Shown: positions 12,680 to 24,502 of the stretch, piece by piece
How positions within the stretch are numbered: position 1 is the stretch's first letter
How the letters are laid out: the number at the start of each line of letters is the position of its first letter
From: Eledone cirrhosa
Taxonomy: Eukaryota
Assembly (NCBI GenBank): GCA_964016885.1
Contig: OZ024742.1
Location: forward strand, 96,162,001 to 96,226,000
DNA: 64,000 nucleotides
Reading direction: 5' to 3'
Made by a program: the position numbers and the translations under genes
Notes under the pieces: generated by a model
The model's input: only the letters and a program-made list of their open reading frames with translations
What the model was told of the DNA's origin: nothing
Database searches by the model: none

Positions 12680-13964
12680 TTGAGCACATATATGTATATG
12701 TCTGTGTTCGTTTTTCTTTTTTGTTCAGTTATACTATATATATATATATAAATCATCATTCAGGATCTAAAAGAAAGAAATCTTTACATTGCTGCTAGCA
12801 CCATCACTACCACCCCTACTCTCTCTCTTTATCACTCACATACATACTGAGACTGATGTTTTACACAAAATATACAGCTGCTTTGATATAATAAATATTT
12901 CATATTGTATAATTTGCTTGTTGTTTTATTTTAGAGACATCACTCATTGATGATTTAATTGTATTTCTAATGTGAATTCTGAAGGTAACATTTTGTATAA
13001 GAGTTTGCACATATAATGCCAATTCTATTTTCTTAAATATGTATATTCACATACAGATATCACCATTATCATTGCCATTTCATATCTGCTTTTTCATGCT
13101 AATATCGATTGGACAAATCATTATAAATCAGGTCAGTATTTTATTAGATCCAAGGGTTAGGTGTTCACATCTTGCTCAAATACAGTCCTTTTTTGTGCAT
13201 GGTTTCTATGGTTGGATGCACTTCATAATGCCATGAACGCACACCTATATTTTTCTCCTACTTTTTGTTGTAATTGCCTATCCGTATTATTAATTGTTAT
13301 TGCCAGAAATAATTTCGAATTGAGGCACAATTACAACAGATTTGGTGGGGAAGTAACATCAATTAAACCACATCAGTATTTGACAGGTACGTTACTTTAT
13401 CTACCCTTGGAGGATGGAAGGTAAATTTGACCTTTTAATTTAAAGAGCTTTAACTAACTGCTACAAAGCATTTTGTCTGTGGCTCTAATGATTCTCTAAT
13501 AAGTCCAATGTTCTAATAATAAGATCATATACAATGTATACATTCTCTATGATTTACAAAAGAAGGAAATCAATAAAAAAAATGGGAGAAGACACCCTCT
13601 CCTCTCCCCACCACTGACTCTGAACACGCCTTCCCTAACTACCACACCCCCGTCCACCTCCAACATTTTTCACTCTCTCACGTACCTCCACTGTTATTCT
13701 ACCACAGGATCTACCACACTCTGAAGCTGAGTGCTCTGTCCTCAGAGAATGCTGGTGTTGGCAGCTAATCTTATTAAAGTAACAGATAATGTTCATTAGG
13801 GTGTTTGGCTATTATAGTGATTTAGCCATGCTGCAATGTCATGGCTCACCTCAAACATTTTTAACGAATAACACCATCATTCCTTGTTGCAGTGTGTAAT
13901 AGAGTCTGCATGTCTTCTCTATTTTCTTATCATTTCTTTTCTATCGAAGATGAGAAGTTACAAA

Positions 13965-14146
13965 TAATAATTGTTTCTACTTTAGGCACAAGGCCAGCAA
14001 TTGCCAAGTGCATTACTGGTACTTTATTTTATCGACCCCGTAAGGATGAAAGGCAAAGTCAACCTTGGCGGGATTTGAACTCAGATCGTAAAGGGACGTA
14101 ACTATGCTGGAAAGCATGGCGTCCGACCCTCTACTGATACTGCCAA
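13965..14146 (-). mobile_element. tRNA-derived SINE family B
   Basis: Head with GAGTTCAAATCC B-box, central GCCTTTCATCCTTACGGGGTCGATAAAATAAAGTACCAG block (resembles a Meta/Sauria-type SINE domain), and a GCCTTGTGCC...AGAAACAATT end. Other partial or degenerate copies at about 13300, 14588, 25315, 39370 and 39815. Confidence 0.85.
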
Positions 14147-15920
14147 TAATAACAACAAAACTGTAAAAATAATTCTCTTACTGGAGAAAAACATGAAACA
14201 AAATAAAAATATAGAAAAATTAATTAACTGACAAATTAATTACACAGTTCCAACAATCATTTTCTATCTACCAAATATGTTTAACAACATCTTCTCAGGC
14301 CTGTACAAAATGTAATTTGCCAGAAAGTGAAATTACTACTGTGATAAACATTTAATTTAATTCTCCTGATGAGATGAAACAGGCAATATGTGTAATAAAA
14401 TGACTACAAAACTTACTTCACTTGCTTGTTATGATGGATCCTCCATCAGTTTCGACGATCATCATCTAGTTGTTTGATCATCTGAATGCTCAGTTCATTA
14501 ATTAACATGTAGGTCGGTGTTTCTAAACCAGTGTTCTGGAAGAAACAGTGATAAACATGCTAATACATTTTTGAGCACTAATAGTATATAATTGTTTCTA
14601 CTTTAGGCACAAGGCCAGCAATTACCCAGTGCATTACTGGTACTTTATTTCATCGACCCCGTAATGATTTTTTATGCAGTTTCCTGAGACATAAAAACTA
14701 TTTTAAGGGTTCCATAATGGTAAGAAGTTTGAGAAACACTGATATTCCACAGATACAAAAACCCTTAATGTAATTCCTAAGACAAATTTATGACACAATA
14801 TGTGAAATGGTTAGACCTTTAAATTACAGGCACAATGCATCCAAGGGGCTTTAATAAAGTTTCTGTCTATCTAATTTCACTTAAAAAGCCGAGGTCAACC
14901 CAAAGCTATGATAAAGCCACTTACCCAAGATGCTACTCAATGGTGTCAAATCCAAGACCGTATGATTGCAAATTGAACTTCTTAAATACTTAGCCATATC
15001 TGTTATAGAACAGTGAGGCAAGTTGAAAATATGGTTTAAAATATCTGCTATTTACTATGTAACCATCATCATCATCATTTAACATTTTTTCCTTCCTGAC
15101 AAGGTTTGTATGAGTTATCACAGACCATGTCAATATATAATCCAGGTTACTGACTTGTAACTCCTCATCTTACCCATTTGCTCTTATTCTACCTCAAAAG
15201 GCAAACATCATAAAACAGTTAACTCTTACTACTATGAAAGCTTAACCCTTTTGATACTAAACTGACTGGAATTGCTCCTATGGTATTATGATGCAAAACT
15301 GTTTGTTTTAAATTGTTCATATTTATTTTAAAACATTCTATTATATTTTTATTAAAAAGATCTTTAAGTTATGCTCCAAACACCAGCCTAATAATGATAG
15401 AGTTAGTTATATTACTAAATCCCTCACAATTCTTGACCATTTACAAAATGATTTGAAAATTTTAGGCAATGACTTTACATATACATACATAAATACATAT
15501 AAATAAATATATATATACATATGCATGTGTGTGGATGTAATCCATAAACAAAACTGTTAATGTTCAGTGAAGAAAACAAATATCACTTATTCTTTGTGCA
15601 AAGCAATGGGTTAAGTACATGTACTATTTAACAGGAAATTGAATGTAGAGGATGCATGAAAGCTGAAAAGAAATGAGAGGAGCATGAGTCACTAGATGTG
15701 TAAAGTTTGTGTAGAGGAACGATGAAAAACAAATGAGATGAGAGAAAACTCATAAGATGAAAGGGCATAGGATGAATCAGATGAAAATAGCAAGAGAGGG
15801 TACCACTTTCAGTTAGACTTATGAAACATGAAATATGACAGTTTTATGAAGAAGTGCCAAATAAGGTAGTGTACCTGTAATTGAAAAGTATAACTTAGCC
15901 ACAATCTATAATCCTGATTC

Positions 15921-16845
15921 TACATCATCATCATCATCATCATCACCGTTTTACGTCCGTTCTTCCACGCTAGCATGGGTTAGACGGGTTGTCCTGTTGT
16001 GGGCAGTGTCTGGTCGGCTGACCATGCCTTGCTCATAAAGGAACTGATCTGGCTTGATTTCTACAGCTGGATGCCCTTCCTAACACCAACCTCATTTACA
16101 GTGAGTGCTGGGTGCTTTTTCGTGGCGCCTACACGTCCACTTTACAGTGTGGGCTGGGTGCTTTTTTGTCGTGGCACCTCCACGACCACCTTGCGGTGGG
16201 GGGAGTGGGGGCATATTGTTTATATGCTTCAGCATGTACCCATGGGAGGTCGGGTACCCTGTATTACTGCGTGACGCCAGAAGTCACGGTCGTGTGTCAT
16301 TGTCTTTGAGAGGTGTAGTTGAGTAAGGTCGGCTTTTATCACCTCATCCCAAGTCATCTTGGGTCTCCCCACTCCGCGGTTTCCATCAACATCTAGTGCT
16401 CTGCACCTCTTTATGCAGCTGTCATCCTTCATACGCATCACATGTCCATACCAGCATAACCGCCTCTCCTGCACGCAGCATTTGATTCCTCTTATGCTCA
16501 GTCTCTCTCTCAATTCCTTTATGCTTTGTCGTTCACGTATATTACTGTTACACATCCATCGGAGCATGCAGGCTTCGTTTCTCTCTAATCTACGTAAGTC
16601 TTCCACCTTCAGCGCCCAGGTCTCACTACCATGCAACATCGCTGTTCGGATACACGCATCATACAGTCTGCCTTTCATTCTGAGGGAGAAGCCTTTTGCA
16701 GCTAGCAGTGGTAGTAGTTCCCTAAACTTCTTCCATCCCGTTCTTACCCTAGTTATTGTACTTTCTGAGCACCCACCTCCGTTGCTAATTCGGTCACCTA
16801 GGTAGCAGAAGCTGTCTACTGTTTCTACAGGGCCCTCCCAGAGAT
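15921..16845 (-). mobile_element. RTE-clade LINE 3' end with (GAT)n tail
   Basis: KGRLYDACIRTAMLHGSETW...RLCWYGHVMR...GRPKMTW, 3' UTR and (CAT)n on the + strand. Confidence 0.93.
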
Positions 16846-16874
16846 TGGTGGTACATGAGAATTGCTTTAATAAT

Positions 16875-17021
16875 TGTTTCTACTTTTGGCACAAGGCCAG
16901 CAATTATCCTAGTGCATTACTGGTACTTTATTTTATCGACCCCGTAAGGATGAAAGGCAAAGTTAACCTTGGCAGGATTTGAACTCAGAATGGCAAGCGC
17001 CGTAACTATGTGCCAAAGCAT
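16875..17021 (-). mobile_element. SINE family B, 5'-truncated, 19-bp TSD
   Basis: TGAGAATTGCTTTAATAAT at 16856-16874 and 17022-17040. Confidence 0.9.
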
Positions 17022-19044
17022 TGAGAATTGCTTTAATAATACACATATCTAAGTTATTCTCAGTCAGTTTACATACTAATTCAGAGAGTAGGCTGATCAC
17101 TTGATCGAACAACTGTCAACTCATTAGTTGCTCTGAACTGAAGAGTCCATCATATACACACACATCTTCAGTGTCTAGGTTTGAAAGAAAACTGTTACCA
17201 TACTGTAGATACATAACTTTTTTTACTGCTAAATTTTCAACCTTTGTCTTGAACACAATGTATTTTTATAGAATTTAGTTAATATTTTACTGGAAAATAT
17301 GAACTCTCAACTTCACTTATCATTTGCAATTCATGACAATTTTTTCTCTATTATAAAGTGAAGCAAATAATGTTTAGTGATAGAATCACTTATGAATCTA
17401 TTGTTATGTCTTGAATATTTCAGTTTCATTATGTAGATGCCAGCATGGATGAATGATTAATAAGTTCACTTCACAATCTTAAGATCCTAGGTTTGAATTC
17501 ACTGTGTGGCATCTTGAGCAGTGTCATTTATTATAGCCTTCAGTTGAACAAAACCTTGGATATGTATCTAGGTAGAAGGAATCTGTTTCAAATCTATCAG
17601 ATAGCATGTATCTGTATTTGAAAGAGAGAGACTTGTCAGTTACTGTGTCTTGCTGAATATCACTGAAAAGGATGTGGAATGCTCAGTCACTTACACATTA
17701 ATTTCATGAGGAGGCTCTCACATTCATCAAACAACTCAGAGAGTCATTCAGTTTCTTTATATTTCTTCTAGTTTTATTTCCAGTATACTCATGATGATCA
17801 AATTGTATGAAATATAAAAACCGGTCTGGAATGGAATGGAAAGGAACTCTGTCAGTTTTGATGAGGAGTAATCCAATTAATAGATCAATTGAACAACCTG
17901 TTTGTGAAATAAACATGCAAGAGGCTAAGCATTCAACAGACATGTGTACTCTTAACATAATACTCAGATAGATTCAATGAGAGAGTGCAGGGCAAGGCTA
18001 GCCCTTTGAATTACAGGTGCAGTCCATCTTGTATTATGATATAAGTAGCTGAGCAATCCGCAGACATGTACATCTTTGCTCAGAAACATTCGGGATGACA
18101 CAATATAGAATAAGGCTGGCTTTTTGCACCATTGGTACTGTCCCTTTGATTGGCTTCCAAATAGTTTCCATCAACTCAATTTTACCCACAAGGCTTGGCT
18201 TGATCCAAGGCTCTGGTGAATGTCTCTTACCCAATTAACACTTTCCAAACATGCAAAGCTGTGGGGTTCAAACCCAGGACCTTGTGATTACGACTAGGTA
18301 GTACTGTGTCCTCAGCTTGAATCCCATATAAATAATGGTTCACCCTCATGAACATTCCCATTTTTATGAAATCACCCATTTTCTACTACTATAACAGAAA
18401 TAGCAAGCTAGCTTCATACCACCTCTACTTAAGGTTGCCATAAACATATTAGTCACTCCTACTCTACCAGAGCTGTACATAGCCACTCTCTCCAGTCAAC
18501 ATTTTCCATGCAGATTTTGGCTTATAGATATACAAACAGAATATCAATCTCCATGCCATTTCTATCAATATCTACTTACAAATACTTGGGCCCTCTTTCA
18601 CTCTTCTCCCTGTTTTTCTCTCAGCAACAAAGAAGTAGCTGTCGTAGTTTCTCTTCTATCATACTTTCACTCCTTTGTCTCCTTGCTCATTACTGCCTCT
18701 CCTCACATTGCTTAGGACACAATGACCTTTCTTGTGTTGGGGCCATGATAAAAAACACTCAGTAAATTCTGTTAAATGCTAGGGCTACTGCCACAAAAAA
18801 ATGTACCCAGTACATTCTGTAAAGTTGCAGTACTGGTACCACAAAAAATGTACCTCATACACTGTGTAAGTGGTAACACTGATGTAAAAGGATTGGCATT
18901 AGGAATAACATCCAACTATAAAACCCATGCTGAAAATGGGACTGTGAACAAGACATTCTCCAATAGTACCAGATTGTGACACTACATTAAAACCATACCA
19001 ACATGAAAAACAGTCGTAAAACAATGATGCTTATATATATATAT

Positions 19045-20112
19045 TGTCTTGGTGGGAGTTCCCCCATCGTCCACCACTTTGGCTCCGCCAGACACTCCGC
19101 TTGCAACCTAACCATCTGCGACCTGATTGAGTGCCATGGGACCCCCGACGCCCGACTTAGGGCCCACAACATACCATCTTCATTTTACAGACCTGCACCT
19201 CCCCCTGATTGAACTCCCCACCCTCTTCCTTTAGCATGCGATCGTTCCTCCATCCCATCCCCTAACCCCCCATACTGACACCACTAAAACACTCCCAACA
19301 TAAAAGTCCCCTCCACTTCCAGCCACCCCCACACCCACATTGTTCCACCCCACCACAAATAATACTAACACCCTCCCTCCCCCTACCACACTCGCACCCA
19401 CACCCTCAACACACTCACACACCAGTATATATATATATACACTCACTCACACTATTCACATACCCGACTACCACCACTAACCCCCAACCACACATCCACA
19501 TTCGACCAACCCACCACTAATACTAAACACCCCCAACCCATCTTCCATGCATACACACCCTACTGCAAACCAGTACTACCACCACTTACCCCCACCTACA
19601 CACCCATATTCGACTACCCCGACCACTAATAATACTAACACCCACTCTACCACACACGCACTCATACCCTAAACACACACACACCAGTATATATACTCAC
19701 TCATACACAGTACCCAGCACCATCTCTCCCATCCAACCCGTACTACCAACACCACCTCCACACACACACACACATCATACTACTACCTCCACTAATATAT
19801 ACACAACCCCCTACACATACATCCCACCTTCGGCCCTCCCCCGCTCGAACCCTTTTCCTTCTCCCTCCACGCAGCACCACCACCTCTACACCATTTGTTT
19901 TTAACTTTTATTTTCCAACTCATGTGTTGTTTTTATTTCAATGTTTTTGCCAATAACGCCCCTCATTCCCTCTCGGAGTTCCACCTCCTTTTCACCACTC
20001 TCCTGATGAAGGGCTTCTGCCCGAAACGTCGCACCCACACCCCACTCTCAATAAACATGAACCTAATACCTTTCGTAACTTCTACTCCTGTGTTGTTTTT
20101 TACTTTCCCAAA
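19045..20112 (+). mobile_element. Penelope-like element 3' fragment (GIY-YIG C-terminus, C/A-rich spacer, HHR), between (TA)n tracts
   Basis: SPIVHHFGSARHSACNLTICDL resembles the PVAxHFNxxxHS end of PLE endonucleases. HHR core at 20003 and AATAAA near 20050. Confidence 0.65.
20003..20030 (+). ncRNA. Minimal hammerhead ribozyme core (stem I decayed)
   Basis: CTGATGA-A-GGGC(TTCT)GCCC-GAAA-CGT-C with palindromic ACGT stem III. Flanks no longer pair. Confidence 0.7.
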
Positions 20113-20197
20113 TATATATATATATATATATATTAAATGTTGTAACTATGTATTGAGCACCTTATTTACTGTGGTTACTCCTGATTTCACTTTGAAT

Positions 20198-20254
<57 letters not shown>

Positions 20255-20347
20255 AATTATAGAAAATACACATACATATAGATACACATATTTGTGTGGT
20301 GTCCATCCTTTACCTGTTTTTCTTGATGAATGAATGAATTAAATAAT

Positions 20348-20389
<42 letters not shown>

Positions 20390-22249
20390 ATTTACTTCCA
20401 GCTTTTTAGCTAATTCTATTCCTAAAAATTATTTCTAATATTGCAATGGATGTGAGTTATTTTAGTATATCAAGTAAAATACCATTTTAGTTCATTTTCT
20501 TTTAATGAAAAGAAAAGCATATTTGACAGTGGAAAGACTATTCCGAAATTAAACTTGACGAAAGTAAACAAAAGGATATACAGGAAAATTTAGTTGTGAA
20601 CTTCACAAAACTTACAAATGGTCATATGGAAATATTTCTAATAATAAATTGCATTGTTGGCCATATCAACTATTTTCAAAAGAAACTTCAGTATAATTCT
20701 GTAAATCAATGGTATGGCGATTTAAATAACTCACATATTTCAATCACTCACCAGGAAAAGTCAATGATACATTTATAAGCATATGTTAAATTTAAACAAT
20801 TTGGAAAAGAAAGTAAAATAAATCTAGTGCTTGACAAGCAGAAATCGCTTACTATTAGTAGACACATTATCATCATCGTTTTGCATCCACTTTCCATGTT
20901 AGCATAAGTTGGACAGGTTGCCATGACTGAAACCTAGATGGGTTGAGGACATTATCCGACTCATGTATTCCATTTTAGTAAAGTTTTCCTTAGGACCTAC
21001 AAGATTCATTACCCTATGTTGTCTCTTTTCAATCAAGGCAACCTAACTCAAGAAAAAGATTATGATGGGAGAGAAAGAATGAAAGGAATTGATCTGGCAG
21101 AGTAAGGGAAGGAGGCAGTGTAAGAGGGGGTATTAGAGGAGAGTTAGAAGGTAAGAATGGAAGGGAAAGGGAGTGATGCGTTATGAGAGTGAATGATATA
21201 CATCAATGATGGGTGGGTTTAGGGAGAGAGGGTGATAGCTTGCAGCATAGAGAGGTGGGGTTGAGATGTATGGGGCTCAATAGATCTGATGAACATAGTT
21301 GGGAAAGGGGTCCACTTGTATAGTCTGTAGCAAGGGTTGAATAATGACAGGACTAAGCTTGGAAAAAGAGAGACAGCATTATCTCTTTCTTGTTACTATA
21401 TTTTTCATGAATCAACCTGCATGATTTTAAATCATTTTGAAAATTGTCAAGAATTTAGAGAACAGTAATATAACAAAATTTCGTATTATTGGGATGGTGT
21501 ATGGAACATCATTTAAAGGATCTTACATGAAATTATTATGGAAAGTATTTATATGAATATAAACACTTTAAAATAAAGAGCCTTGTATTGTAAAACCACG
21601 GGCATATTCAGGCAGCTTGGTATCAAAAGGATTAAAAGCTATTGAGAATAACATGCTTTTGGCAATGTAAGAATTATCTCTTCATGGTTGCAATGAAAGT
21701 GAATTATTTGAAAATTGGGGTAACCATATAGCTTAAATACAGTTTAGTATCCCACCAACACCACAAACCTGTTTCCTTATGATTTTTTTAATGGTTTCTA
21801 ATTTAGGTAGGAGATCAGCAATTTAAAGGGAGGTGAATGTCGATTATGATTCCAGTAGTTGACTGATATTTTATTCTATCAACCATTCTATCAATGAGAA
21901 TAAGGAATTTTATACAACAATGTAATATTATCACGATAAATTATTATCATACTCATCTACAAGATGAGGGTAAATGTAATTTTTTTAAGGGTAGTTAGAT
22001 GAGAAATTTAGTTAGAATTTTGAAGGTAAAATCCATGTTATTCCTATGATTTTTTAAATGTATTTTGAATGAATATGCCTTTAAAACCGTCAATATTGAA
22101 TACAATCTATCAGGATATCATAAATGTTCTCCAGGAACAAAGTGTCATTCTTACAACTATGAAGTATGAAAAAAGAAATGATTTTTAAAATTCATTAATA
22201 CTACACATTTGGAACAAATTAAAAAGGAATATATAAAAATATATATATA

Positions 22250-24372
22250 TCATCATTTTAATAGATATTTCTACAATTTACAACTGACCTGCAAAGGAGG
22301 TGAAAATTGTTTTTCTTGTGGTCTTTGGTGTCCAACCTTCGAAGCGGTCGGAGATCATTCGTTGTTTCGTTAATTGGGAACAGGTATCACCTCTGAATTC
22401 TCGTGTTTGGATGTGAACATTACACCTATCTCACTTTTGAGGTGAAATTTGTTTTTCTTATAATTTTTTTATGTGCTTTAAACGAGTATGATCTCCAAAA
22501 CCGTCGGAAATCGTTCGATTTTTTAATTACCTGAAAGAAAGCTGTATCTCAAAAGGCCTCAAAATCTTCCAGTGGGGAGGTATGTGTGTTATAGCTTAAT
22601 CGTATGGTTTCATAATAAACCATACTTTACGCCAAGTGTACTACTCAGCAATTGATGGGATAGGTAATTTAATTGGATCACCATTGTTGTACAGTGTCCC
22701 GTTAACTAAAAGGAAAAGCGAATAATTTCCGACGGTTTTGATGGTCAGATGCGTTCAAATCAAAAAAATCCGTAGCAAAAACATAAATTTCACCTCCAAC
22801 GTGAGACAAGTGTAATTTCCTGAAACTCCATCAGCATAATCATATTTTCACCTTTGAAACTTCATCAACATAATCGTAATATTCCCATTTAAAACAATAT
22901 CACCATAATCGGGCACCTTAGAAATTTCATGAACATAATCGTAATCTACAACCTTGAAAATGCATATCTGCAAAGTTTCATTTAAAAATATACATTATTA
23001 AGACAGTTATGAGGAAACAAATCATGCGTAAGAGGTGCATTAAACTAAGTTATTGCAAGAATATTTTATGTAAGGCTGCTGTGTCATTTATTTTGACGAA
23101 TAATATTAAAATTATTAAAGCCACCACAAATTTATATAATAGAACTAAATTTATATGAATGAACAGCTAGTTACCTGGCTCAAAGAAGCTATTTTCCAAT
23201 TTTAGTCTAAAACAAATCTGAAATCAACGATACAAATATCACCAAAATAAAATGGCATCCATCATGACTGACAATGTGCATGCTATCATGTAAAGGGAGA
23301 TCACTGTATTTATACGTTTTCCATTACATTCACCCTCATTTGAAAATGTCTCGCAAAACAAGCTTTCTCGTGCTTTTTTGATTCTCTGAGATCGACGCCA
23401 TTGAGATGTTTCGTCTTATTGTTTTAGAGTATCATCTCCATAAGGGCAATGCCTTCCTGTTAGATTTCTGTATAGCTCTTGGGGAACCATATATGTCTGA
23501 GTTAATTCTTGGTAGGATTGATATTCCCCGGTGACCCTAATTGTTTGGTAGATACCGTTGTTACACGGCCGTCTGGATAACGAATGTGTGCGTATTGGGG
23601 GTTAGGTTCGATTAAATCAACTTGGTCAACAAGAGGGTCGTACTTACTTGTGTGAATGTTCCTTGGCATAAGAACAGATCCTGGTTTGAGACACCATTAT
23701 GGAATAGATCTTCCAGTAGCTGAACGTTGAAAAGACGTACAGAGGAGAAATCTGATTGAATGTAGCACATCTGGCACATCTGGTCGAACCGTTTCCCATG
23801 ACGATACTAGAAGGCCACGAATTTTCAAGGAGAGTATTACTGATATTCATACAATACCGTATATCGCTCTACTTGACTGTTTTAGTGGGATCATACAGTG
23901 TTGTTCTATTTCTTGCAATGTCCATTCTTTCTCTTTTGCAGATATAAATGCAGTTCAACGATCAAAATGTACGTAACTGGGTATACGAAAAATTGAAAAC
24001 AAGTTTCTAAAGCATTTTATGACTGTCTGAGCTGATGTATCCGATACTGGATAACCAAAAGGAAACCGTGAGTATTCGTCAACTATCGTTAGAAGATAAG
24101 GACATTTTAGAGAAGGAATCGGACTGTTGATATCAATCGAAATTCGCTCGAATGGCTGCATGGCTTTGATAAAATTAACTGGGTATGGTTTATAATAAAC
24201 AGTGTGACTTCACTTCTTCACACACACATATATATATGGGTCTTCAAATTTCATTTAACGTTATATACATGACTATGTATATTTTAATTATTTAAGAATT
24301 ATTTTTCTGTGGACATGATTTAAAAAAAATACTTTTAAACGAACGTGACCAAATGTGTCACGGGTGGTCTAG
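22250..24372 (+). mobile_element. Probable non-autonomous Helitron (3' end clear, 5' end uncertain)
   Basis: Hairpin CGTGAC-N7-GTCACG (24344-24362), then CTAG (24369-24372) followed by T. Internal inverted and tandem subrepeats at 22290-22990. Confidence 0.45.
23480..24200 (-). pseudogene. Gypsy-type integrase fragment
   Basis: QPFERISID...YLLTIVDEYSRFPF...IPSYVHFDR and C-terminal KYDPLVDQVDLIEPNPQYAHIRYPDGR. Confidence 0.85.
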
Positions 24373-24502
24373 TTACATATAAAAGTATAACCATTACATC
24401 AATTTTATGTATTTAGACAAGAGTAGTGCGGCTTATAACGATGTAGTGAACCAAGATATTTTACTTAAAAAGTACACCTTTAGCAGTGAGAAAGAATGAT
24501 TA

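Noticed and set aside
12935-12984. AG...GT-bounded 50-nt exon candidate
   Set aside because: Stops in all three frames; no other support.
14367-14385. CTGATGAGATGAAAC hammerhead-like string
   Set aside because: Only 3 nt between the cores, so no stem II; no stem I or III pairing.
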